Positions 19,203 through 27,306 of a stretch of DNA of 64,000 bases are shown here, one piece after another. The notes under the pieces are model-generated. The model did not search any database and was not told where the DNA came from. It saw only the letters and a program-made list of their open reading frames with translations. The position numbers and the translations under genes are program-made. The stretch comes from a virus (taxonomy: Duplodnaviria; Heunggongvirae; Uroviricota; Caudoviricetes): positions 47,223-111,222 of the IMG/VR virus record IMGVR_UViG_3300000976_000008. The stretch is one strand, 5' to 3'. Position 1 is the stretch's first letter. The number at the start of each line of letters is the position of its first letter.

Positions 19203-19276
19203 TGCATCAGGCTGGATTCGAACCAGCAATCTCCGCCTTATCAGGACGGTGCATTAACCAATTATGCTACTGACGC
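19203..19276 (-). tRNA. tRNA-Ile (anticodon GAU)
   Basis: Manual cloverleaf. Acceptor GCGTCAG/CTGATGC, anticodon loop CTGATAA, T-loop TTCGAAT. Confidence 0.8.
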
Positions 19277-19315
19277 TAAACGTGACAAACACTGCATCCC
19301 TGTTTGCCACGCAAG

Positions 19316-19367
19316 AGAGTTGGGTGGATTCGAACCATATAGTGCCTCCATCTAGGCGACCAACTCT
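19316..19367 (-). pseudogene. Truncated tRNA-like element with acceptor, D-arm and T-arm but no anticodon arm
   Basis: The minus strand reads AGAGTTGG..GCCT-AGATGG-AGGC..TTCGAAT..CCAACTCT. An 8-bp terminal helix and a T-loop are present, but only about 52 nt lie between them. Confidence 0.3.
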
Positions 19368-19605
19368 ATATCCACCGCTAAAGCGGAAATCACATAATAG
19401 AAACACATTCGCTAGAGTACCTCAAATTCTGCATAGAGATACGCTGTAATCTGATGGAAATTACCAATCGGCATCACTGGTTCACCATCGCACAGTAACT
19501 CAAATACGCTATCGCAATGTCGGTAAATAGAAACGCGACCTTTACGCCACATCTCACCAGGTCCAACATTTCCCATCTCAGGTGATGTCAAACTCATGAT
19601 TTCCC

Positions 19606-19770
19606 TTAAATCTTGGTATCCTTATTCCCAAGGTCTTTGGCAGTGATCTCACAACCACACCAACCGCATTTCAATTCAAACTCGTCAACCACCTTCTTAC
19701 AAGAGGCACAAAAGTCCCATCTTACAGAAGTGACGAATTTGATCATTTCTTGTTTTGCTTTTTTAGGCAT
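19606..19770 (-). CDS. Small zinc-ribbon protein (54 aa, not in the ORF track)
   Basis: I translated MPKKAKQEMIKFVTSVRWDFCASCKKVVDEFELKCGWCGC..., which has two CxxC pairs. Confidence 0.3.
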   Translation of the reverse strand: MPKKAKQEMIKFVTSVRWDFCASCKKVVDEFELKCGWCGCEITAKDLGNKDTKI

Positions 19771-19895
19771 GGATCTTCTTCAACCTTGAATTCGGAGAGA
19801 CCAGCTTCGATAGCTACTGGTTCCATATGATCCAAGTTCTTTTCAAACCAATCTCTAGGAAGTTCAAGTTTCATTTTTCATCTCTCAAATTGGAC

Positions 19896-19977
19896 TGGCT
19901 AAGGCGGGACTCGAACCCGCAATCCGCTAGGCGTCGGTTCTTAAAACCGATGTGTATACCAATTCCACCACTTAGCC
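19896..19977 (-). tRNA. tRNA-Leu (anticodon UAA), type II with a long variable arm
   Basis: Anticodon stem-loop TCGGT-TTTAAGA-ACCGA, variable arm CGCCTAGCGGATT, T-arm GCGGG-TTCGAGT-CCCGC. Confidence 0.75.
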
Positions 19978-20085
19978 TTTAGCCTACTAATTCACAGCAG
20001 CACTGGCTATCACGACACAGCCTGGTTGATCACTTTCGGCAAGGAATCGAGATCTTCAACTGATTAAGAATCAATCGCGAAACCT

Positions 20086-20700
20086 TTATTCTTCGAGAGG
20101 CACGTTCCAGTACATCTCGCTAACAAACTTCTCCCAAGAATCCAACGCAATACCTGAATGGAAAGTTGGTCTCCATTTAGGTCGAATTGGCTCTTTCCTC
20201 AATCTCATTCCGCTCTCTTTGAGAGTTTTTGCAGCTTTGCGATGATTACACTTAATGCACGCAGCGGCACAATTATCCCAAGAAGTAAGACCACCACGTG
20301 ATCGTGGCAGAATATGGTCAATCGTCAAATTGCGAAGACCAGGCTTGATCCCACAATACTGACAAGTTTCTTCATCTCTCTGAAACAAATTCCGTCTACT
20401 AAACGAAAGCGTAGTCTGAGGGAATTTGCTGTAATTAGCCAGTGTAATGACTTCAGGAACACGAAGTTTGAAACCGACACATTGAATGAATAATTCATCC
20501 TCATCGGGCTTCAATTTGGACCAATCATCCCATGCATACTGGCAATAATCATTAGGATCAACAACTTTCGCGTTGTCTGCCCATACTTTCTTCAAAGCGT
20601 CGGCAACTGGAGCTACATCAATAGCCTGCCAGTTCTTGTTCAGGATCAAAGTCGGCCTAGTAAGTGTTGCAGTCATCATTACCTCCATAGTCGAAATCAT
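20086..20700 (-). CDS. HNH homing endonuclease
   Basis: CQYCG...LTIDHILPRSRGG...WDNCAAACIKCNHRK is an HNH core. It sits next to tRNA-Leu. Confidence 0.8.
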   Translation of the reverse strand: MISTMEVMMTATLTRPTLILNKNWQAIDVAPVADALKKVWADNAKVVDPNDYCQYAWDDWSKLKPDEDELFIQCVGFKLRVPEVITLANYSKFPQTTLSFSRRNLFQRDEETCQYCGIKPGLRNLTIDHILPRSRGGLTSWDNCAAACIKCNHRKAAKTLKESGMRLRKEPIRPKWRPTFHSGIALDSWEKFVSEMYWNVPLEE

Positions 20701-20715
20701 CCACTTTAGATTCGA

Positions 20716-21360
20716 CTAAACACTCTCTTTCCAGCAATTGATCCAAGTAATGAGACGCCAATAAAGACGCCAATCACTGATTTTTAATTGAAATCTTCCA
20801 TTCTGACATCTCCCAGACCATTCAATTTTGGATCTGATGTCAGTATTCTCACGCATAGAGATGCTAACATATGGTAACAAATCTTGCCAAAATTTTTTGC
20901 ACTTCACAGGATTGTGATTGCGATAAAATATCACATCCGCTTTCAAATTCTTGATAGTCATTGTTCTCAGTTGATCACAAACTTTTAAAACCAATTGATG
21001 ATCATTATTTGTGATACCAACAACACCTGTGCCTATCTCGCTACTGCCAGAAGCCTTATTCCCTTCACCCCAATAGATTCCCAAGAATCCCATAAAAACA
21101 GGATCAGATTTTAACTCATCCCATCTCGCCCTAGCATCGGCACACACATCTTGAATCCGATTTTCCCAGATTTCTTTAGCTTTTTTGGAACCTGGTAAAT
21201 TGTTGGTTTTCCTAGTATTATTCGTAGTTCCTTTGCAGTGATAAGAAACACTAGATTTAGAACAATTAAGTTCTTTAGCTATTTCTCTAACACTCATCCC
21301 ATTTGCCCGCAATTCTTTAATTCGAGCATTTCTATCTTTGTTCTTTTTCCATTCAGCCAT
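20716..21360 (-). CDS. HTH-domain protein with a possible single LAGLIDADG-like motif
   Basis: The N-terminal HTH is MSVREIAKELNCSKSSVSYH. MGFLGIYWGEGN resembles one LAGLIDADG motif. Confidence 0.35.
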   Translation of the reverse strand: MAEWKKNKDRNARIKELRANGMSVREIAKELNCSKSSVSYHCKGTTNNTRKTNNLPGSKKAKEIWENRIQDVCADARARWDELKSDPVFMGFLGIYWGEGNKASGSSEIGTGVVGITNNDHQLVLKVCDQLRTMTIKNLKADVIFYRNHNPVKCKKFWQDLLPYVSISMRENTDIRSKIEWSGRCQNGRFQLKISDWRLYWRLITWINCWKESV

Positions 21361-21407
21361 TTGAACCCATGATCTATATCTAGATAAAATATAGATTTGA
21401 TCAGGGC

Positions 21408-21791
21408 CTAAAATTTCTTAATTCGTCGTGTTTGTCCAAACATTCGTCTGTTGATTTTACAGTCAGATTCGATAAATCTATCTAATCCGATCATACATTC
21501 AGGATCATTTATTTGGCAGTTATAACTAGTTCTATTGTGAGAATACCCAGCAATAATACCATCAACTACCAAAACATCCATAAACATGATGGCTCTATCG
21601 TTAATAATTTCACCATCATTAGATGCTAATTCAAAAACAACCCTAAAACCGCTATCTTGTCCATCCCAAACAGATGCAACATCAGATCTGGTTCTAAATT
21701 CAGATACCAAGACATCAAGAATAAACGCATCAGATTTGTGGTCATCTCCTATCAAGAGATCTGTATCCAAGTTGAACTGATTAATCGTCAT
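21408..21791 (-). CDS. Hypothetical protein
   Basis: 127-aa ORF. Confidence 0.3.
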   Translation of the reverse strand: MTINQFNLDTDLLIGDDHKSDAFILDVLVSEFRTRSDVASVWDGQDSGFRVVFELASNDGEIINDRAIMFMDVLVVDGIIAGYSHNRTSYNCQINDPECMIGLDRFIESDCKINRRMFGQTRRIKKF

Positions 21792-21792
21792 A

Positions 21793-21820
21793 ATGGAACC
21801 GACGGGATTCGAACCCGCCC
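21793..21820 (-). pseudogene. tRNA 3'-half remnant (T-arm plus 3' acceptor strand)
   Basis: The minus strand reads GGGGCGGGTTCGAATCCCGTCGGTTCCA. No complementary 5' acceptor sequence lies upstream. Confidence 0.3.
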
Positions 21821-21827
21821 CAATCTT

Positions 21828-22088
21828 CTACCTCCAGAAAGCCAGCCTAGCCAAACCTGTTTTCTTCGTCTTCATCATCTCTTTCCGTCGATCGGCGATA
21901 TCTTGGAAGATCTTCATCTCTTCCCGACGATCACGTAGAGAGAGACCAAGCATGTCTTTACGATAATCCGCTCTCTTCGAACTATTCATTCGATACTTAC
22001 ACCAAGCACCGATGCGATTGATGAAATCATGGAGCCACAAGTAGCCCTTCTCATCTTCACGAATCTTATCATCAACTGACGACATCAT
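21828..22088 (-). CDS. Hypothetical protein
   Basis: 86-aa ORF. Confidence 0.3.
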   Translation of the reverse strand: MMSSVDDKIREDEKGYLWLHDFINRIGAWCKYRMNSSKRADYRKDMLGLSLRDRREEMKIFQDIADRRKEMMKTKKTGLARLAFWR

Positions 22089-22115
22089 CTACCTCCTAAA
22101 GACAATTGACAGAAA

Positions 22116-22190
22116 TAGGCGTGGTGAGACTCGAACTCACGTACTCTTCCTTGTAAGGGAAGCTCCATTGCCGCTAGGAACCACACGCCT
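22116..22190 (-). tRNA. tRNA-Val (anticodon UAC)
   Basis: Acceptor AGGCGTG/CACGCCT, anticodon loop CTTACAA, T-arm GTGAG-TTCGAGT-CTCAC. The D-arm register is slightly ambiguous. Confidence 0.7.
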
Positions 22191-22549
22191 CAACTTGGCA
22201 TTCTTTCCAAGATTCTTTGAGCAACCAAAGATCTCGCTTCATCTGTTGGGACCCAATCACCCATCAAATGGGCTGGAATATTATCCCAAGCCTCGACATA
22301 ATCTGTAACTTTATATCCACGATCGTAGCACTCATTTCTGATTTGAATATAACGATCTTTCAGATAACCAAGTTTATCATAGAAAAATTTCACATGACCA
22401 GGACCCAATCGAAATGTCTTTGGCAGATTTTTTACAACCGCCTTCCCAGAATTAATACTGTTAGGCACTCTCTTGATCTCTCTATGTTCAGCAATGAGAT
22501 GCTGCCTACAAAGATCTGAAGGTTTAATACCAGCATTAATTCTTGTCAT
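22190..22549 (-). CDS. denV: Pyrimidine-dimer DNA glycosylase (T4 endonuclease V homolog)
   Basis: MTRINAGIKPSDLCRQHLIAEHREIKRV...GPGHVKFFYDKLGYLKDRYIQIRNEC aligns to T4 DenV [26 protein letters not shown]...[26 protein letters not shown]. Confidence 0.9.
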   Translation of the reverse strand: MTRINAGIKPSDLCRQHLIAEHREIKRVPNSINSGKAVVKNLPKTFRLGPGHVKFFYDKLGYLKDRYIQIRNECYDRGYKVTDYVEAWDNIPAHLMGDWVPTDEARSLVAQRILERMPS

Positions 22550-22575
22550 TAAACTATCTCAAATAATCTTTCAAA

Positions 22576-22652
22576 TCACCCAGCCAGGAATTGAACCTGA
22601 ATCTAGCTCCCCATTCGCGGTGAGGATCTCGTGTTACATTACACCACCGGGT
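22576..22652 (-). tRNA. Atypical tRNA with an unassigned anticodon
   Basis: The acceptor CACCCGG/CTGGGTG and the T-arm TCAGG-TTCAATT-CCTGG are clear. The best anticodon hairpin is TCCTCA-CCGCGAA-TGGGGA, which implies GCG (Arg), but C33 and the spacer lengths are non-canonical. Confidence 0.4.
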
Positions 22653-22656
22653 GCGA

Positions 22657-22727
22657 ATACGGGTAGGGAGAGTCGAACTCCCGCTTCCAGGTTGGAAACC
22701 TGGTGTGCTACCATAACACTTCACCCG
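22657..22727 (-). tRNA. tRNA-Gly (anticodon UCC)
   Basis: Acceptor GCGGGTG/TACCCGT, anticodon stem-loop CCAGG-TTTCCAA-CCTGG, T-arm GGGAG-TTCGACT-CTCCC. Confidence 0.75.
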
Positions 22728-22736
22728 CACAATGAC

Positions 22737-23300
22737 TCACCTAATACGAATCTTGAATTTGTTCAAATGTTCTTGCAATTCACTGGACGTCATCTTATCC
22801 AGATCTTTACCCTTAGTTGTTGGTGCATTTTCATGCTGATTCTCAAACGGAACCCCATTCACCATAATCGAATAACACTCTGTCAATGGTTGAACCGAAT
22901 GCCAAGTGAGAGGATTCGTAATAACGTAAACAGAACCAACACCTAGTTCGGTTGTGATTACGTTAGAAGGTTCTCCAGATGCTTGAGACGACATGCCAAC
23001 ATGCATGAGGTAACGACCATCCAAAACAGTAAAAGCTCCAGGCCATGGATGAGGATGCGGAAAAGCATCGGACGCCTCACATGTTGTAAATCTGTGAAGG
23101 CAAATCCTCACTCCACTTTCCAGAAAATGAAAAGCACGATAAGTGTGTGGCTTCCTCTTGTTGACAATCAAAGAATCCCAATTGCTTATATCATCCAACA
23201 ATCCGGATTGCAAAGAATCAATTGCCGACGCCAATTGGCTTCGCCAAAACATGTCTTTTTCGTTCGCCGCCATCCACTTATCGTAATCGTACTTCATCAA
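22737..23300 (-). CDS. Hypothetical protein, possibly cupin-like
   Basis: 187-aa ORF with an HPHPW segment. Confidence 0.35.
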   Translation of the reverse strand: MMKYDYDKWMAANEKDMFWRSQLASAIDSLQSGLLDDISNWDSLIVNKRKPHTYRAFHFLESGVRICLHRFTTCEASDAFPHPHPWPGAFTVLDGRYLMHVGMSSQASGEPSNVITTELGVGSVYVITNPLTWHSVQPLTECYSIMVNGVPFENQHENAPTTKGKDLDKMTSSELQEHLNKFKIRIR

Positions 23301-23302
23301 AT

Positions 23303-23372
23303 TGCTCCACCAAGAATCGAACTCGGGCCTGAAGGACCAAAACCTTCCGTGCTACCATTACACCACAGAGCA
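23303..23372 (-). tRNA. tRNA-Gln (anticodon UUG)
   Basis: Anticodon stem-loop GAAGG-TTTTGGT-CCTTC. T-arm CCGAG-TTCGATT-CTTGG. Confidence 0.75.
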
Positions 23373-23373
23373 G

Positions 23374-23448
23374 TGGCAGGTGTGAGAATCGAACTCACAG
23401 GGGGAATATCTTCCAAACGGCTCATGAGACCGTCCCTACCAGCCTGCC
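23374..23448 (-). ncRNA. Atypical tRNA-like RNA with a CAU anticodon hairpin, no recognisable D-arm and an extra GGAA-GATA-TTCC hairpin
   Basis: Acceptor GGCAGGC/ACCTGCC, hairpin ACGGT-CTCATGA-GCCGT, T-arm GTGAG-TTCGATT-CTCAC. Confidence 0.4.
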
Positions 23449-23727
23449 TTATTTCACCTTCAACTTGATCAGGACCTTGTCAATGACTTCATTGAATGTT
23501 TCAGGATTACCAATCTCAACAGAGCCAAGATCAATCTTCTTCACATTCGCAACATCATGGTCAACAGATTCATAAAGAGTAGTCTGCAAACGATCATTTT
23601 GCACTGAAAAACAAACTGCATTTCTCCCACCGGAGATAGCAAGCTTATCACCATCAATCCTACAAATGAAGCCATTATCGCAAAAATCAGCTTCAATTGC
23701 GTGAAGTGTATCTGTTGTAACTGTCAT
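23449..23727 (-). CDS. Hypothetical protein
   Basis: 92-aa ORF. Confidence 0.3.
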   Translation of the reverse strand: MTVTTDTLHAIEADFCDNGFICRIDGDKLAISGGRNAVCFSVQNDRLQTTLYESVDHDVANVKKIDLGSVEIGNPETFNEVIDKVLIKLKVK

Positions 23728-23733
23728 GTCTAC

Positions 23734-24327
23734 CTAGCAACTGCAAGTGAAAAAATTGCCGCGATTGTGATTGTCAATCTTGGTGCCAGTAATGACTTCA
23801 TAGTGGTTCCAAAATTCATCTGGAGTGCTGTGACCTTCCCACTTTCCCCCATCGCATTGATAATCACCATGCTGCATCCAAGATCGAGCAGCATCCATCA
23901 ATTCATCGTAATGCATATCAGATTTATTGGCGAAATCATCAAGCCAATTCCTCGATATGACATAGCCAACATCGATCTGGAAATATCCACCCTTTGGTGG
24001 CGTCGAAAATGCCGGGTGAGTCCAATGGTGAGCCAGAGAAGTGACACTGTTCTGGTAAAGAAACAACCAAAACCTGTCACCTTTCTTAACTCTTTCGGTT
24101 AAGAATGGGTCAACAATACCGAAGCAGACCGCAGATGGACCAGCCACAGAATCACCATCAACCAAACCAACATGTTCGCCAGGATCAAGGTCACAAGCTG
24201 CAGTCACTGGAGCAATAGCTGAGTGAATTGCATCTCTTGTAGCATTTGATGGCGGAGTTTTTCCAACTTCAACAGCAGACATAACTGTCTCCCTAAGTAG
24301 TACCCCCAGCAGGGTTCGAACCTGCAA
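23734..24327 (-). CDS. Hypothetical protein
   Basis: 197-aa ORF. The annotated start overlaps tRNA-Arg, so the true start is probably the Met near 24282. Confidence 0.4.
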   Translation of the reverse strand: MQVRTLLGVLLRETVMSAVEVGKTPPSNATRDAIHSAIAPVTAACDLDPGEHVGLVDGDSVAGPSAVCFGIVDPFLTERVKKGDRFWLFLYQNSVTSLAHHWTHPAFSTPPKGGYFQIDVGYVISRNWLDDFANKSDMHYDELMDAARSWMQHGDYQCDGGKWEGHSTPDEFWNHYEVITGTKIDNHNRGNFFTCSC

Positions 24328-24374
24328 CCTACGCTTTAGAAGAGCGTTGCTCTATCCAATTGAGCTATGGAGGC
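24301..24374 (-). tRNA. tRNA-Arg (anticodon UCU)
   Basis: Acceptor GCCTCCA/TGGGGGT, anticodon stem-loop ACGCT-CTTCTAA-AGCGT, T-arm GCAGG-TTCGAAC-CCTGC. Confidence 0.75.
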
Positions 24375-24473
24375 ATGATCAAAATAAAAAGATGATTGCT
24401 GCAATCACCCAACCGTAACCAATAGTGATCGATTGTTCATCTTTTGTCCAAGTGAACTTCAATGTGAACATGC

Positions 24474-24869
24474 TCATTTGCGGACTCGTTTACGCGATTT
24501 CTTCCTAATTCTTTTCTTCTTTTTGCAATTTCTCTTGCAGTTGTTAATTTTCTTTTTTGGTTCATCCCAATGAAATTTTAAATGACAATTGGAACAAAGC
24601 ACATCACATTTTGCTATCTCTTCCTTCAATTTCTTCAGAGACCAATTCCTAACAGCAAAAGAAATATTTGCTAATTTTTGTTCTGGATCTCTGTGATGGA
24701 ATTGCAAACAAGCCGGGTGGTTTTCTCCACATTTTGAGCATTTACAAGAACTTTTATAACGTCTGAACCAAGCCTTGACTTTATTACGCTGTTCTGAGAC
24801 TCTAAAAACAAAGCCATCATCAGCTTTTAGATTGTGGACTTTCTTATACTTCCGTTGACCTTTGGCCAT
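24474..24869 (-). CDS. HNH endonuclease
   Basis: CKCSKCGENHPACLQFHHRDP...NISFAVRN...LCSNCH is an HNH motif with paired zinc-binding CxxC. Confidence 0.75.
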   Translation of the reverse strand: MAKGQRKYKKVHNLKADDGFVFRVSEQRNKVKAWFRRYKSSCKCSKCGENHPACLQFHHRDPEQKLANISFAVRNWSLKKLKEEIAKCDVLCSNCHLKFHWDEPKKKINNCKRNCKKKKRIRKKSRKRVRK

Positions 24870-25308
24870 TTGTTATTCCTTGGTTCAAAACTCCTACTTT
24901 AGCTTTGAACCAAAGAATAACAAATATCCTATTCAAGGACTGAAAAGCATGTCATTTAATTATACCCCATACCATTACAGAGCAACCGTTGTCAGAATTT
25001 ATGATGCGGACACCATGACTCTCAAAATTGATTTAGGATTCAAAATCAATTTTGAAGAAAATTTCAGAATTCGTGGAATCAATGCACCAGAAGTAAGAGG
25101 ACCAGAAAAGCAAGAAGGAATAATTGCTAGAGACTGGCTCAGAAACAAATGCCAAAATGGATCTCAAGTCTTCATTGAGACCTTCAAAGATAAAAAGGGA
25201 AAGTACGGTAGATACTTAGCCGATGTCTACTTCAAAGAAAATGATGAATTCTTCAGTGTTGCTGATGAACTCGTGAAACTTGGTTACGCAGTTTACAAGA
25301 ATTACTAA
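24862..25308 (+). CDS. Staphylococcal-nuclease-fold (thermonuclease) protein
   Basis: RIRGINAPE is the SNase catalytic-site motif (RLLGIDTPE-like). The start is probably the internal Met at about 24949. Confidence 0.75.
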   Translation: MAICYSLVQNSYFSFEPKNNKYPIQGLKSMSFNYTPYHYRATVVRIYDADTMTLKIDLGFKINFEENFRIRGINAPEVRGPEKQEGIIARDWLRNKCQNGSQVFIETFKDKKGKYGRYLADVYFKENDEFFSVADELVKLGYAVYKNY

Positions 25309-25730
25309 TGAAATTACAAGCAATCAACGAATCCAATGATCCATTACAATCAGTCGGTGAGTTCGATGTCGTTCTACCATTAGATCCAATGATTCAAAGC
25401 AGAGATGAAGCACTTAAGCATCTCACTGCTCAATTCACAACGGAGCCAGCTCCAGGTGTCACACCAATCAAGGGAATTGTGACTTCATTTGAACCGCCAG
25501 ATGAAAATGGCCTAGTAAACGCCAAAGTCAGAACAACTGTTGAAAGCTACATCAGAAATTCAATCGAGTTCGACATTGGTCCTTACGAAATCCTAAAAGT
25601 TATCAAAGATGCGACAACACCAGAAATTACTGCAGCAGCAATGGAATTCATGAAAACTGGTGATTTTAAAGTCGTCAAACTTGGAGCACCAGGAACAGAC
25701 GCTGATACCACCGCCAAATTAAAATGGTAA
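25308..25730 (+). CDS. Hypothetical protein
   Basis: 140-aa plus-strand ORF, apparently translationally coupled to the nuclease gene. Confidence 0.4.
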   Translation: MKLQAINESNDPLQSVGEFDVVLPLDPMIQSRDEALKHLTAQFTTEPAPGVTPIKGIVTSFEPPDENGLVNAKVRTTVESYIRNSIEFDIGPYEILKVIKDATTPEITAAAMEFMKTGDFKVVKLGAPGTDADTTAKLKW

Positions 25731-25970
25731 TCAGAAAACTGTCTTCAAAGCTTCCCAAACAGTTTTCCATGCAGAAACAGCAGATGAATTCCACTCACTG
25801 AGAAAACCAGATCTCAATAATCTGGGTTTATCTCCTCTTGAGTAGAGATCAACTTTATAATTCTGTTTTTTACCAATTCCTTTACCATCGTTGGTGATGG
25901 TTGCTAAACCAAGTGATTTCGCTTTGCTACCATCACCACCAGGCCAAAGTTCAACTCTCACAACTATCAT
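25731..25970 (-). CDS. Hypothetical small protein
   Basis: 79-aa ORF. Confidence 0.25.
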   Translation of the reverse strand: MIVVRVELWPGGDGSKAKSLGLATITNDGKGIGKKQNYKVDLYSRGDKPRLLRSGFLSEWNSSAVSAWKTVWEALKTVF

Positions 25971-26160
25971 GCGATCTTCCTAAGGAGTATTGACGGTCTG
26001 GCGGGTCTCAGCCAGGTCTTCAATCGTCCAATTATGTCGTTGTTCGACTCAAACAACTTTCAGACTTTCTTAGAATGTCCTTTCGAGTCTCGGCCTCATA
26101 CAACCCACCAGTCTAGTAGGTCTGGTCCGCCCACCCGTCAATACTCTCGTAAATACTCAC

Positions 26161-26472
26161 ATGAATGGCTATGATATAGACGGCGTCCTCAGTTCAGGTC
26201 TAGAACCAAAAGGTGATTTTGTCATCATCTCTGGAAGAACATTTGCAGAATATGACCAACTGTGCCAAGATCTCGCTAAGAAGGCACCGCTCTACATAAG
26301 AGGAAGCGGCAAATTCGGAGACAGAGAAGACGCGGGACGATTCAAGGCAATGATGATCAAGCATCTTGGAGTAAGTCACTACTACGAAGATGATCAAGTT
26401 CAAGCCAGAATCATCATGGAGTTATGCCCAAAGACACAAGTCCACATTCACAGAGCCACCGACAGGATTTGA
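26161..26472 (+). CDS. Small HAD-like (DxDG motif) protein
   Basis: YDIDGVL resembles HAD motif I. The ORF is only 103 aa. Confidence 0.3.
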   Translation: MNGYDIDGVLSSGLEPKGDFVIISGRTFAEYDQLCQDLAKKAPLYIRGSGKFGDREDAGRFKAMMIKHLGVSHYYEDDQVQARIIMELCPKTQVHIHRATDRI

Positions 26473-26525
26473 ACCTGCAACCCGCTCATTACAAATGAGC
26501 CGCACTCCCATTGTGCTACGGTGGC
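26454..26525 (-). tRNA. tRNA-Thr (anticodon UGU)
   Basis: Acceptor GCCACCG/CGGTGGC, anticodon stem-loop GCTCA-TTTGTAA-TGAGC, T-loop TTCAAAT. Confidence 0.8.
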
Positions 26526-26818
26526 TTAACTTTTCAAATTATCAAGGATCAGTGCGATACTGAGTTTTTCTGTATCGCTTCCAGCATCTATTACAACGCC
26601 AAAATTGTCTTTCGAGAATACCCCAAGGATCTAATTGCGATTTTGATCTCGATGGTCTGTAAACTCTGACCATAATCTCGTCAAAATACTGAATCGAATT
26701 CCCTTGGTTCGCTCTTCGTTCTTGTTGTACACGCATAGTAGCACCTTTCAGTTAATTGATAACTAAAAGACGCACCTTCTGCTTTTCATCAAGATCTCCT
26801 GATTAATAGTCATTCGGG

Positions 26819-26940
26819 CGGGACTCGAACCCGCATCAAATGGTGGATTCGAACCACCTTTCCAGCCTTCCGGCCAGCTTGGAACCCAGCCCAAGCCCCG
26901 GCCTTCGCCAGGGGAGTCTCCCAATTCCTCAACCAAACAA
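26819..26940 (-). ncRNA. GC-rich structured element with two consecutive T-arm-like hairpins (tRNA-derived or novel RNA)
   Basis: The minus strand contains GGTGG-TTCGAAT-CCACC followed by GCGGG-TTCGAGT-CCCGC. Neither hairpin has a matching 5' acceptor strand. Local GC is far above the genome background. Confidence 0.35.
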
Positions 26941-26945
26941 CTAAA

Positions 26946-27019
26946 TCGGGATGACATGACTTGAACATGCGACTTCCGCGTCCCAAACGCGACGCTCTAC
27001 CAAACTGAGCTACATCCCG
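26946..27019 (-). tRNA. tRNA-Pro (anticodon UGG)
   Basis: Acceptor CGGGATG/CATCCCG, anticodon stem-loop TCGCG-TTTGGGA-CGCGG, T-arm GCATG-TTCAAGT-CATGT. Confidence 0.8.
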
Positions 27020-27030
27020 TCAAATTAAAG

Positions 27031-27104
27031 CTCCTCAGGTAGGATTCGAACCTACGACATAACGCTTAACAGGCGTCCGCTCTGACCAACTGAGCTACTG
27101 AGGA
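27031..27104 (-). tRNA. tRNA-Asn (anticodon GUU)
   Basis: Acceptor TCCTCAG/CTGAGGA, anticodon stem-loop GACGC-CTGTTAA-GCGTT, T-arm GTAGG-TTCGAAT-CCTAC. Confidence 0.8.
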
Positions 27105-27110
27105 AAATTG

Positions 27111-27296
27111 TTACATTCTTGCGAGACCGTATCCGATTATAAACGCTGCCATTGAATTGTAAATCGCTAAATTACCATTCTGTGGCCATGATACTGAGAA
27201 AGTGAGCATCCCAGCACCAATTAATAACGCAATAACTGCGGCATAATTGGCTCTTTTTGGAGTTTGCTCTTGTTCTGTTTTTTCTTCAGTCATCAT
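27111..27296 (-). CDS. Small membrane protein
   Basis: 61-aa ORF with one hydrophobic helix. Confidence 0.3.
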   Translation of the reverse strand: MMTEEKTEQEQTPKRANYAAVIALLIGAGMLTFSVSWPQNGNLAIYNSMAAFIIGYGLARM

Positions 27297-27306
27297 TAAC
27301 CTTTGT

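Noticed and set aside
22983-23468. Plus-strand ORF 22983..23468 (161 aa) spanning tRNA-Gln and the CAU tRNA-like gene
   Set aside because: It runs antisense to two tRNA genes and to the 22737..23300 ORF, and has no recognisable domain. It is probably spurious.
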